Origin: an uncultured Candidatus Saccharibacteria bacterium
Lineage (GTDB): Bacteria; Patescibacteriota; Andersenbacteria; UBA10190
Length of the DNA stretch: 64,000 bases
NCBI GenBank assembly: GCA_964610055.1
Contig: CAZSUC010000001.1
Span: 505,692 to 569,691, forward strand
Reading direction: 5' to 3'
Below, piece after piece: positions 39,057 through 48,892 of the stretch. Position 1 is the stretch's first letter, and the number at the start of each line of letters is the position of its first letter. The notes beneath the pieces were generated by a model. The model saw only the letters and a list, made by a program, of their open reading frames with translations, was not told where the DNA came from and searched no databases. The position numbers were made by a program, and so were the translations under genes.

Positions 39057-40074
39057 AGTTCAGATCATTACTAATCAAACTGACTGGGAAAAATTAGTTC
39101 TCGCTGCTCATCCCAACACTTTTCTGCAATCATGGGCCTGGGGAGAAACTCAACTTGCTGATAACGAACAAATACAACGTCTTGTTGTTTTAGATCACAA
39201 TCACCCGATTGCCCTCGCAACCGTTATTTTAGTTAACGCCCGTCGTGGACGCCATTATTTAATTCCACACGGACCGCTTTATTTACAACCAGATCTCACC
39301 CCTCAAGCCTTAGATGCTATTATTGCGCATTTAAACACCACTGCTTCTATTGACCATGCTGTCGCCTTACGCATCGCCCCCCTACTTCTTACTTCGCCAG
39401 ATTCAAAGCAATTATTTAAATCACGAAATTTTCATCCTGCCCCCCTTCACGTTCACACTGAATTAACTTGGGTTTTAGACATTTCTCGTCCCAGTGACGA
39501 GTTACTTGCTGGTATGCGCAAAACTACTCGTCATGCTATCCGTAAAGCTGAACAAGCCGGGATCAGTTGTGAAATTATTACTGATATTTCTGCGCTTGAT
39601 CGTTTCTGGCCGCTTTACGATAAAACTCGACAACGGCATGGCTTCGTGCCCTTCAATTTAAAGTTTCTTACTAATCAATGGCATGCTTTTGAGTCTCATA
39701 ATCATATTTTTGCTGTCATTGCTCGTTATCATGATCAAGACGTCGCTGCTGGTATATTCATTGATTATGCCGGTACTGTTTTTTACCATCACGGCGCTTC
39801 TCTTAAACTGCCTAGCAATGTTCCTGCCGCCCACGCTGTTCAATGGCATGCTATCCAAGAAGCGCAACATCGTGGTGCCACTAATTTTAATTTCTGGGGC
39901 ATTGCGCCCGCTAATCAACCCAACCACCCATTCACTGGCATTCGGATTTTTAAAACTGGATTTGGCGGCCAAGCGTTTGATTATCTGCATGCCCAAGACC
40001 TCCCTTTCTCATGGCGCTATTGGTTCCTTTGGGGCGTAGATACTTATCGAAAATACCGTCGCGGATTCGCCTAG
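39046..40074 (+). CDS. FemAB/FemX-family tRNA-dependent peptidyl transferase
   Basis: FLQSWAWG, GP, MRKTTRHAIRKA, FNFWGI, FKTGFGG. Confidence 0.88.
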   Translation: MSLEVQIITNQTDWEKLVLAAHPNTFLQSWAWGETQLADNEQIQRLVVLDHNHPIALATVILVNARRGRHYLIPHGPLYLQPDLTPQALDAIIAHLNTTASIDHAVALRIAPLLLTSPDSKQLFKSRNFHPAPLHVHTELTWVLDISRPSDELLAGMRKTTRHAIRKAEQAGISCEIITDISALDRFWPLYDKTRQRHGFVPFNLKFLTNQWHAFESHNHIFAVIARYHDQDVAAGIFIDYAGTVFYHHGASLKLPSNVPAAHAVQWHAIQEAQHRGATNFNFWGIAPANQPNHPFTGIRIFKTGFGGQAFDYLHAQDLPFSWRYWFLWGVDTYRKYRRGFA

Positions 40075-41498
40075 CTTGATCTACTTGCTAAAACTCCAGC
40101 CATCAACCAAAAAATTAAATTCGTTGGAAATATATCCCAAATATCAATAAATAGAGCTTGTAGACCAAACGCAGCCAAAAAACCTAATCCCCATAATCCC
40201 ATCACCACACCGTCTTTGTTGTTATTCATTACTAATTTCCATCCTTGCTTCGCTATCACCCAATAGATCCAAACATAAATCAAAATCCCAACCAACCCCA
40301 TCTCAATAAATGTTTTTAAATACTGATTATCAACTAAAGTACTGTCTTTGGCTAACTGAATTGTCCGACTCTCTCCCGAAACAATATCATAACCGCTGAC
40401 ATCTGTATCTCGAAAATTTTGTTGCAAAACATTTCCCAATCCCGCACCAAACAAAGCCTGAGCATTACTTACAGGCGCAATCAAACGTACCATGAATTCA
40501 ATTCTTTCCTCATTACTGCCGTAAGTCGGATCAAATATTGAACGAACAAATACTTTGGCATTTGTAAACATTAAAATTCCTGCCAGCGTTAGACTACCCA
40601 ACACACCTATTAAAGTTACACCTCGTACTAATTTTCGTTTTGTAACTTTCTGCTTCACTAAAAACCATGCATACGTCATTCCTATTACACCTAATCCAAC
40701 TAGCATCCCCATCCATACCGCTCGCGAATATGTCAGATAAATGAGTATAGCAACCATCCCCGCACTTAACAGAGCCGCCCAGCGCCATTTGGACTTATTT
40801 CCTAAGAATATTGCTGTTAATAAACATATTCCCATGATCAGATACTCTCCAAAAACACTCGGGTGCCCCATAACACTTGAGACTCTCGGAATCCATATAT
40901 TTTGCCCTGGATCAAAACGTAACACCGCGCTGTCTACTGCCCACCACCACTGATAAACCGCTAGTATCATTGTTATTCCCAGCGCCAACAGACCCCAGTT
41001 CAACCACTGCCTTTCTCGACTCTTGTTTTTAGGCATATAAATCACAGCAAAATATAACAATACATACAAGCCTATTTCCCGCGCACGTAACACACCTAGC
41101 ACTAAACTATCTGCTCGTAACATACTCACTATCGTCCAAATTCCTAATGCCAAAACTGGCCACCACAACACATTTCGTCGATAAGGTAATGTTTGTGTTA
41201 TAAATGGCCAAGCACATAAACGTACAAACAATACCGCAATCATTACGTCTTTAATCAGTGTAAACGTTCCTATTGTTTGAGTTATTTTAAAACTCGGTAA
41301 TAACGGCATTAAAACCACTAAAAAACTCACCGCCGCAACCGGATTCTGCCATGTCCACCAACCCGCTGCTAATCCTACTAAAAACCATACCCCAACCTGA
41401 AGATTTACAAACAAAGCTAACACGGCTGCCACTCCTACTCCTACCAATATCCAAATAAATTCTCGCCGTACTTTTTGATTACTTACTATCTCTAGCAT
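40071..41498 (-). CDS. O-antigen ligase/Wzy-like polytopic membrane protein
   Basis: ~12 TM; RVSSVMGHPS, TYSRAVW, GAGLGN, DNQYL..FIEMGLVG. Confidence 0.8.
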   Translation of the reverse strand: MLEIVSNQKVRREFIWILVGVGVAAVLALFVNLQVGVWFLVGLAAGWWTWQNPVAAVSFLVVLMPLLPSFKITQTIGTFTLIKDVMIAVLFVRLCAWPFITQTLPYRRNVLWWPVLALGIWTIVSMLRADSLVLGVLRAREIGLYVLLYFAVIYMPKNKSRERQWLNWGLLALGITMILAVYQWWWAVDSAVLRFDPGQNIWIPRVSSVMGHPSVFGEYLIMGICLLTAIFLGNKSKWRWAALLSAGMVAILIYLTYSRAVWMGMLVGLGVIGMTYAWFLVKQKVTKRKLVRGVTLIGVLGSLTLAGILMFTNAKVFVRSIFDPTYGSNEERIEFMVRLIAPVSNAQALFGAGLGNVLQQNFRDTDVSGYDIVSGESRTIQLAKDSTLVDNQYLKTFIEMGLVGILIYVWIYWVIAKQGWKLVMNNNKDGVVMGLWGLGFLAAFGLQALFIDIWDIFPTNLIFWLMAGVLASRSS

Positions 41499-42403
41499 AA
41501 TTTCTTTGTATTAAGCTTTTTTTCTCGCAAATGTTTTGGGCTCGAAACCAAGGATAAAACCAATGCTAATGGACTTAAAATATCTAAAATTATTCCCGCC
41601 AACCATCCTAAATGTTTCTTTGCATAATATCGGCTGCTTTTAATCCAGGGCTTACTTTTAGCTAATCCAAGTAATTGATTAAAACTAGCGCCTCCGTAAT
41701 GCACTGTTTCTCCATCAGGAGTATACCAAATCTCAAATCCTTCTTTTTGAACTCTTTTGCAGAAATCAACTTCTTCAAACCAGATCCAAAAATTTTCATC
41801 TAACCCATTCAGCTTATTCCATACCTCTCTTCTGACCATAAAAACTGCCCCCATAACCTGATCCACCACTTGCTGTTTTGTGTAATCAAAATCTAATTTC
41901 AGATATTGTCTCCACGCCGGCCACGAAGGATACAACCACGGTAATTTAAACCAAACTCCTAATAAGAGGATTAATCCCGGAAATTCTCGAACCGACAATT
42001 GCAAACTGCCATCCTGATTCAATAATTTTGGCCCAACCACTCCTGCTTTTGGCTTATCATCAAGAACCTGGCCTAAAGCTTTTAAGCAGCCCGGCTTCAT
42101 TCTCGTATCTGGATTAAGTAATAGAATATCGCTTTGCTCGTTACCCTCTTCCCGACACATTTTAATTCCTAAATTATTAGCAGCGGCAAAACCAAAGTTA
42201 CTGTCCATTCGTTTCCAACGCACCGTATCCCAACTTTGCGTTATTTTTTGCGCTTGCCGCAGCGAATCATCTTCAGAGTTATTATCAACCACTACAACAC
42301 GGCTAATTAAATCTTTTTCTGGTAATCCTTGTAAAGCTTGCAAACATTCTGCTAATAATTTTCCTGTATTCCAATTTACGATTATTATAGCTACTTTTCT
42401 CAT
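41492..42403 (-). CDS. GT2 glycosyltransferase
   Basis: IIIVNWN, VVDNNS, GFAAANN, LLNPD, DENFWIWFEEVDFC. Confidence 0.9.
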   Translation of the reverse strand: MRKVAIIIVNWNTGKLLAECLQALQGLPEKDLISRVVVVDNNSEDDSLRQAQKITQSWDTVRWKRMDSNFGFAAANNLGIKMCREEGNEQSDILLLNPDTRMKPGCLKALGQVLDDKPKAGVVGPKLLNQDGSLQLSVREFPGLILLLGVWFKLPWLYPSWPAWRQYLKLDFDYTKQQVVDQVMGAVFMVRREVWNKLNGLDENFWIWFEEVDFCKRVQKEGFEIWYTPDGETVHYGGASFNQLLGLAKSKPWIKSSRYYAKKHLGWLAGIILDILSPLALVLSLVSSPKHLREKKLNTKKLC

Positions 42404-43506
42404 ACTAGTGATTTTATCACTTCTAACGTTGCTCTAGTTGTCCTTTCCCAGGTAAATTTAGCTGCCCAAGTTAATCCCTGAGAGATTAATTGATCTTTCC
42501 TTTGCCTTACTGAACTAATTCCGTCAGCAATCTCAGTCTTATTATCAGGATTAACTAAAATTGCTGCATCTCCCGCAACTTCCGGTAAAGATGACACATT
42601 ACTTGTTACTACTGGACAACCGCACGCCTGCGCCTCTAAAACAGTCATTCCAAATCCTTCATAAAAACTTGGTAACGCTAAAACTTCTGCGTGCCAATAT
42701 AATGGTGTCAATAAACTTTCTGGAACCCGTCCTGTAACAATAATCCTTTGTGATACTGAGCTATTCTGGATACGTTTTAGAATAGGATCTTGCAACCACC
42801 CATGCCCACCTGCAATGACCAACTGCAAATCAGTATCTTTTTGCGCTAAAATTTCAAAAGCTCCCACTAAACCAGTAATATTCTTACGCGGCTGAATCTG
42901 ACCAACAAACAAAATATATGGCCGTGTTAATTTTGATTGCCAAGTTTTCAGTTTATCCCACGCTAATTCATGCTCATTAATGTTTATAGGTCGTCGAAAT
43001 TTTTTATGATCAACTCCATGAGGAACTACAGTTACGTGCTTACTTCGCCCATAATATTCCAGAACATCATTAGCAGTTGCTTGCGAAACAGCAATAATCT
43101 CATCCGCTTCGCGCGCTACCTGCGCACTAAACCAATGCAGTAACACCCAATCTTTGCGTCGAAATTGTTGCGGAAATTTGTGTACCGCCAAATCGTGAAT
43201 AACAGCCACCGTTTTCATTTTGCTAGATCGCATTAGTGGCAACTGTTGAATCGGCATAAATAAAACATCGGCTGGATGCCGATACAGCTCCCATGGTAAA
43301 CGCGCCTGAGTCCAATACTTAATAAACGGAGAGATATGTTTTGTTGCGTTAGCATGAGATTGCAAATCAAAATCAGTAGGAGCATGCCAATCCCACTGTA
43401 TTTCTGGCGCTAATCTCGGTAACCTCTCTGCTAGTTCACGAGTATAACGAGTAGTGCCATCGGCCCGATTTGTACTTAAATCTGATGCGTCAAATGCTAC
43501 CTTCAT
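42400..43506 (-). CDS. GT4 glycosyltransferase
   Basis: IHDL, PRKN, PSFYEGFGMTVLEAQACG, SLPEVAG. Confidence 0.92.
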   Translation of the reverse strand: MKVAFDASDLSTNRADGTTRYTRELAERLPRLAPEIQWDWHAPTDFDLQSHANATKHISPFIKYWTQARLPWELYRHPADVLFMPIQQLPLMRSSKMKTVAVIHDLAVHKFPQQFRRKDWVLLHWFSAQVAREADEIIAVSQATANDVLEYYGRSKHVTVVPHGVDHKKFRRPININEHELAWDKLKTWQSKLTRPYILFVGQIQPRKNITGLVGAFEILAQKDTDLQLVIAGGHGWLQDPILKRIQNSSVSQRIIVTGRVPESLLTPLYWHAEVLALPSFYEGFGMTVLEAQACGCPVVTSNVSSLPEVAGDAAILVNPDNKTEIADGISSVRQRKDQLISQGLTWAAKFTWERTTRATLEVIKSLV

Positions 43507-43507
43507 A

Positions 43508-46123
43508 TTAATCTTTATTTATCATAGCTATTAATAATTTTTCTAATTCCTCAGTTCTTTTTTCCCAAGAATGGCTTCGTGCTAATTCAATTCTTTGCCC
43601 TGCCTGCACATCGGGAACATGTAGCCATTTTTCTGCTGCCTTAACTAATTCCTCTGCCCCTTTAACATAACTAATCTGATCTTGATACCGTTTTAATTCC
43701 GGTACTCCAGATGCAATCACAGGTTTACCACTGGCCATAAATTCCCAAAACTTTAAGGGGAAACTTGCTTCATTGTATTTGTTAACTCGATAAGGAATTA
43801 AACAAATATCAAAATACGAAACATATGCCGGTGCTAACTCCTGCGCAATTGCTGGCAAGATCGTAATATTTTTTAGATTTCCTATTTTTTCAACTTCTCC
43901 ATCTCGATCAACTACTGGTTTACCAACTAAAACAAACTGCCATTCTGGTCGCAACTCAGCTGCTCGATACAACATCTTTACGTCTATCTTATACGCATCC
44001 AACGCCCCAATCGAGCCTAAAACTGGACCAGTTAAACTAGATAATTCTGGCGGTGCTTGCTTATTTCCCGCTCCAGCCAAAAACAACTCGACATTTCCAG
44101 CATTTAAAACTAAATTTACATTCTTATTCTGTTTGTGTTTATCGTCCCATAATTTATGTGACGTTACTGTCACTAAATCAGCTCGTTGCATAATTTCATT
44201 TTCTTCTCGGCGTACCCGCTCAGCGTTCCGATTCGGGCCTGCTTGAGCCGCATGATCGTCTACACAGTCATATACCACTTTCCCTTGCCAAGTAGATAAA
44301 TACTCTGCTGCTTCCGTATCATAAATCCACATCACTGTTTTTTTACGACTAAAGCCTAATAGTCCCGCTAATAACCAGACATTGTACCGATTCAACCAAT
44401 GATTCATGCGACTTATTCCCTCTGATTCACGTGACCATGGAATTAGATTCCATTGAGATTTAATAAATAATCCCGTCTCTGCTTGCTCAAACCAAATAAT
44501 TCTCCATAATAAACGTCCAATCTCTCGCCAGTCTTTCCTTCGTAACCACAACGCCCGAACCAGCCATACTCGCGGTTCTATATATAAAACTGGATATTTT
44601 TTACTCAATCTTTTCATGATTTGCTGTCGATTCGTTAACGGCAAAGCGTCATATGCTGCTCCGGCAAAACATACAATGCCTATCTGTCCATCCCGCACTT
44701 TGCGTTTCCACAAATTTGGCAATAAATCAGACTTACCTATCCACCATCCAGTAAGTCCAATTAAAACTATGAAGACGATCCCGCGCAGCCATATATTTGG
44801 ATCAAAGAATAGCCAAGCAATCACTCCCACTACACTCGCTAGTACAATCAATACATCTTGATCCACTAGTGCTAAATCTAAACGTTTCAAACTATACCAA
44901 AGCGACAATACATAAGCCAAAGAAACTCCGCTCAATACCGCAATTGCCGCTAGCATAGCATCTGGGCGTTGCCACAATAGAAACGCGATAATCACCGCCG
45001 ATACCACGGTCATAATGCCAAAAAGCACTGCTCGATCTCTTGGTTTATCAGCCGCGACTAAAGCACTGCTCGTCCCAACGTCTAATAAGGCATATAGAAA
45101 AAAAGCCAATGTCATTATTAAAATTAGATGTCGTGCTGGTAAATATTCTGCCCCCACCACGTATTGCAATATCTCTGGCACAAAAAAGACTAATCCTACC
45201 GTTAACGCCGCCAAAACCACCAAAACCCGTTTCATATTCCGTGACACAATTCGTGCAAAGACCGCTTTATCTTGCATATACACTGAACTCATCCAGGCCA
45301 AATTAACTTCTGATAAAGCCATGGCCACAATTGTTAGTTTTGATCCGAAGGTTAACGAAACATTAATGTGCCCCAACTCATCCGCTGTTAGCACTCCTCC
45401 TAACAGCAACAACGGCAATCTTTGCCATACCACAAAGAATATCCGAGCCAAATACATGTAAATGCCAATCCTCATTACTCGTCGGCCATATTGCCTAATT
45501 TCTGGCCAACCAGGCCAACTCAAGTCTCCTGTCAACTCCTTACGCACTAACCCTGCCAGCAAGATTACCATGATCAATGTCGTTATAATCATAGCCGCAA
45601 AGAATCCATTTGCTGCATATTGCCAAGTCAACCACCCAAAAACACCCACGTTAATCAAGGCTGTTAAAATCTGCACTTTATACAAAGAAACAAATCTCTT
45701 TAATCCAGTTACTGTTGCTCCCATGACGTCTTGTAATCCCTGTAAAACTAAGACAGCTGCAAACATTTTAATTAACCCTGCTATTTCTGGACGACCATAC
45801 AAAGAACCAGCAATCCAGCTCGCTAACAATAAAAGTGCAATTGATAACGGTACTGTCACGACTTGTCTTACAATCTGAGATACCCAAAATACTGTTCCTT
45901 GCGCTTTCTTGTCTTTTAAAATCGCAATTTCCCTAATTGTCCCATCTACAATACCCAAATGTTGAGTCACTCCTACCACTCCGCCAATTGAAGTAACCAA
46001 ACCAATCAATCCATATTCTGCCGGGGACAAAACACGGATTACAATCACACTTTGAATAATCCCTAATATTGTCGTTATCGCCTTAGTAACCAATGACAAA
46101 AATTGAGTACGCGCCAGACTCAT
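43508..46123 (-). CDS. Fusion of Wzx-like flippase and GT-B (TuaH-like) glycosyltransferase
   Basis: N-terminal ~470 aa multi-TM (RVLSPAEYG); C-terminal RQQIM..L, VYDCVDD, FPLKFWEFMASGKPV; start at ATG 46123 overlapping the upstream stop. Confidence 0.8.
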   Translation of the reverse strand: MSLARTQFLSLVTKAITTILGIIQSVIVIRVLSPAEYGLIGLVTSIGGVVGVTQHLGIVDGTIREIAILKDKKAQGTVFWVSQIVRQVVTVPLSIALLLLASWIAGSLYGRPEIAGLIKMFAAVLVLQGLQDVMGATVTGLKRFVSLYKVQILTALINVGVFGWLTWQYAANGFFAAMIITTLIMVILLAGLVRKELTGDLSWPGWPEIRQYGRRVMRIGIYMYLARIFFVVWQRLPLLLLGGVLTADELGHINVSLTFGSKLTIVAMALSEVNLAWMSSVYMQDKAVFARIVSRNMKRVLVVLAALTVGLVFFVPEILQYVVGAEYLPARHLILIMTLAFFLYALLDVGTSSALVAADKPRDRAVLFGIMTVVSAVIIAFLLWQRPDAMLAAIAVLSGVSLAYVLSLWYSLKRLDLALVDQDVLIVLASVVGVIAWLFFDPNIWLRGIVFIVLIGLTGWWIGKSDLLPNLWKRKVRDGQIGIVCFAGAAYDALPLTNRQQIMKRLSKKYPVLYIEPRVWLVRALWLRRKDWREIGRLLWRIIWFEQAETGLFIKSQWNLIPWSRESEGISRMNHWLNRYNVWLLAGLLGFSRKKTVMWIYDTEAAEYLSTWQGKVVYDCVDDHAAQAGPNRNAERVRREENEIMQRADLVTVTSHKLWDDKHKQNKNVNLVLNAGNVELFLAGAGNKQAPPELSSLTGPVLGSIGALDAYKIDVKMLYRAAELRPEWQFVLVGKPVVDRDGEVEKIGNLKNITILPAIAQELAPAYVSYFDICLIPYRVNKYNEASFPLKFWEFMASGKPVIASGVPELKRYQDQISYVKGAEELVKAAEKWLHVPDVQAGQRIELARSHSWEKRTEELEKLLIAMINKD

Positions 46124-47262
46124 ATTGCTCTTTCTTTTATCCATTTAATCAGCTCAGCTGCTCGTTTTGACCATTGCCATTCTCGCTGTGCCATTTCCTG
46201 ACCCTTGTTTCCCCAAACTTCACGTTCCTCCTTATTTTCAATTAAATTTTCTAGTCCGTTCTTAACCGCCTTAATATCATTTGGTGCGACTAAAATTCCA
46301 GTCTGACGATCTACAACCGCTTTTACGACTCCTCCAGTTCTAGTTGCCAATACTGCTCGTCCTGCTGCCGAAGCTTCTGTATAGACCATTCCGAACCCCT
46401 CCTTGTCACCTGGCAAATCTTTAGGTGTCATCGCAAAAAACTCAGCTGCTCGATAAAGAACTGGTAAATGACGGTTTGGTACATTAGTTAGAAATCTCAC
46501 ACTCTTTTCTGCAAAATTCGAACGCACCAATTCTCTTAAATAATCTAATTCCGGACCATTGCCAACTATGACTAATTGCCAATCGCCAAATTTAACTTGG
46601 TCTAACTCAGTAAAAGCTTCTATTAAAACATCAAAACCTTTACGTTGAACCAAACGTCCAACACTTAAAATAAAGGGCGATTTTACTCCATAGTGTCTCA
46701 ATATTCCTAACATCACTTCTTCTGGCCATACTCGGCTGAAACGCTCCTGGACTCCAGGCAAAACTTCAATGAGCTGCTCTTTACTTGCCCCTAGTTTGCA
46801 CAAAATTTGCTTCGTTTCGTCATTAATGTACAAAATTTTCTCTGCTTCTTTTATAACCTTTTGTAGCTGTTTACGTGTTCGACGTCGTTGCATCCATTGC
46901 TCAATCTCCATACCATACGTACAAACCATATACCCCACACCAGTTTTACGCTTAATCCGACGAGCAATTAGTCCTTCGCACAAGGCCTTACCGCACCATA
47001 CTAAATCAATTTTATCTTTTAATACTTGTTTTTTTAGTTTGCGATATAGCCAAAACCACCTCGGTCTCACCCAACGGTTAAAAAAGCGATAACGAGCAAC
47101 TAATACCTTATCTTGAACTCGATCGTGAAAATTTATTTCCGTAACTGGAGCGATTACTTGCACTCTTCCAATCTTAGCTATTTCCTGACTTAAAGCAGCT
47201 AAATAATTTTCAATTCCGCCTATTCGTGGCGCCCAATTTTCAGTAATCAATAATATCTTCAT
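46120..47262 (-). CDS. GT4 glycosyltransferase (PimB-like)
   Basis: P..GGIE, VGRLVQRKG, EGFGMVYTEA. Confidence 0.9.
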   Translation of the reverse strand: MKILLITENWAPRIGGIENYLAALSQEIAKIGRVQVIAPVTEINFHDRVQDKVLVARYRFFNRWVRPRWFWLYRKLKKQVLKDKIDLVWCGKALCEGLIARRIKRKTGVGYMVCTYGMEIEQWMQRRRTRKQLQKVIKEAEKILYINDETKQILCKLGASKEQLIEVLPGVQERFSRVWPEEVMLGILRHYGVKSPFILSVGRLVQRKGFDVLIEAFTELDQVKFGDWQLVIVGNGPELDYLRELVRSNFAEKSVRFLTNVPNRHLPVLYRAAEFFAMTPKDLPGDKEGFGMVYTEASAAGRAVLATRTGGVVKAVVDRQTGILVAPNDIKAVKNGLENLIENKEEREVWGNKGQEMAQREWQWSKRAAELIKWIKERAI

Positions 47263-47314
47263 AGCTACCTCTCAGCCTAGCAGATTATTCAATTTTATGC
47301 CCTATCTCCTAACC

Positions 47315-48787
47315 TTAGTACGTCTTAACTAATTTTATATCTTTATAGTAATAATGCAGTATCTTCTGGAAACTCCACCCCTCAGCTTTTGCAAACCCAT
47401 AAGCTCCTTGTGCACTCATACCTACACAATGTCCTGAGCAAGATGTTGCGACATGATAAGGATCTTTAACTGATTGCTGTAAATGTGGAAAACGATCAGT
47501 GTTCCACACTTCCTTCGCACTCCGCGTTCGTCCGTCAGAATCAGAGAAGTAAATTGTTGACACCAGTTCATCAGCTTCACTATCAGTTGCTACAATCCCC
47601 TTTACTTTATTAAATATTGAGGACATCCGAGGAGTTATTATTTCATACTCATACCCACGATACACCTGATCGTCAGCCGTTCGTCCGATATCGTATCCTC
47701 GAGCTTCATTTCGCCCTCCCGTTACCACCTTGTGATACAAAACATATGTCCGCGCTGCAATCCCTAAGGCCTTGATATATTCTTCGGGACCCTCTCCGCT
47801 GGTCTCAGCCAAACCGCGCAAATAATATTCCGTCCGCAATTCATTAATTGCCCATAATTCACTACAAGTAGTACACTTCCGAATCTCAATTACGCCTCGA
47901 AATCGATTATAATTCTTGCCGGAAATAGTCGTAGATAAATCAGAATAGCTTTTAATTTGCATAATCCCTGAGTTCAAAGGCACTAGCCTAATCTCTGTTT
48001 TAGTGTCAAAAGATAAGCCTGATCCTCGTACATGGTACTTACCATCAGACCAGCTTACCTGCACGACGTCATCCTTACCCAAAGTCGCTTTTATTGTGGA
48101 ACGACCTTCTCGTACCTGAAACTGAGAATTAGCCGTAACTTGAATAGCGCTACCATCAGTATTAAATATCCCAATTCTAACTTCATCTCCCATTGTGTGA
48201 GTTGAAACACCAGCTAATTGTTTTGTAATCACACCGCTAGTGCTTGTCGTCGCAGTAGTCGTGCTCGCCGTCTGGCCACAAATAGAATCACTGCCTTTAC
48301 GTGCGCCCTTAGATTTATGATATTTCATGGAATTTTCTAATTCCGTCAGACTCTTAATTTCTCCACACGAAATTCTTTTTCTCCACCAAGCCTTCTCTGC
48401 AGCAGTCGGGTCATTGCCGTAAATTTGCACAAATAACGGCAAAACCGCCACAATCATTTCTTGTTTTGTGTTAGTTGTGGTCGCTGATTTGGTTGTCGTT
48501 GATATTGCAGATGCGCTCGTAGTTGTCGCCATTGTTTGTCCTTGTGCTTTTTGATAAGCCATTGCTCCCTGTAAAGCCGCAAATGTTGTTTTCTCTTTAT
48601 TTACTACCCGCGTCACCCAGTATGTATTTTCTGCAGCTGTCGGATTACGACCAAATACCCCGCGAAATGCCTCATTAACTCGACTCTCTAAACCAGCCGC
48701 CTGTACTGGGACTGTTATGATAAACACAAAACTAATTACAGCTAGCCCTAATAGCCACGTTTTTTTTGAAAGAAGGAAACTTAACAT
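47315..48787 (-). CDS. Secreted SpoIID/LytB-domain protein with N-terminal repeats
   Basis: Signal peptide; INEL..EYYLRGLAE, KALGIAARTY, DQVYRG, GHCVGMSAQGA, ILHYYY. Confidence 0.82.
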   Translation of the reverse strand: MLSFLLSKKTWLLGLAVISFVFIITVPVQAAGLESRVNEAFRGVFGRNPTAAENTYWVTRVVNKEKTTFAALQGAMAYQKAQGQTMATTTSASAISTTTKSATTTNTKQEMIVAVLPLFVQIYGNDPTAAEKAWWRKRISCGEIKSLTELENSMKYHKSKGARKGSDSICGQTASTTTATTSTSGVITKQLAGVSTHTMGDEVRIGIFNTDGSAIQVTANSQFQVREGRSTIKATLGKDDVVQVSWSDGKYHVRGSGLSFDTKTEIRLVPLNSGIMQIKSYSDLSTTISGKNYNRFRGVIEIRKCTTCSELWAINELRTEYYLRGLAETSGEGPEEYIKALGIAARTYVLYHKVVTGGRNEARGYDIGRTADDQVYRGYEYEIITPRMSSIFNKVKGIVATDSEADELVSTIYFSDSDGRTRSAKEVWNTDRFPHLQQSVKDPYHVATSCSGHCVGMSAQGAYGFAKAEGWSFQKILHYYYKDIKLVKTY

Positions 48788-48892
48788 AACCCCATACTAC
48801 CAAACCAGCTCAATCAATCAAATTTATCTTCATCTTACCTTTACGAATAGCCTATAGATTTTTCCCCTAGTCATCCGCTACTATAAGTATGT

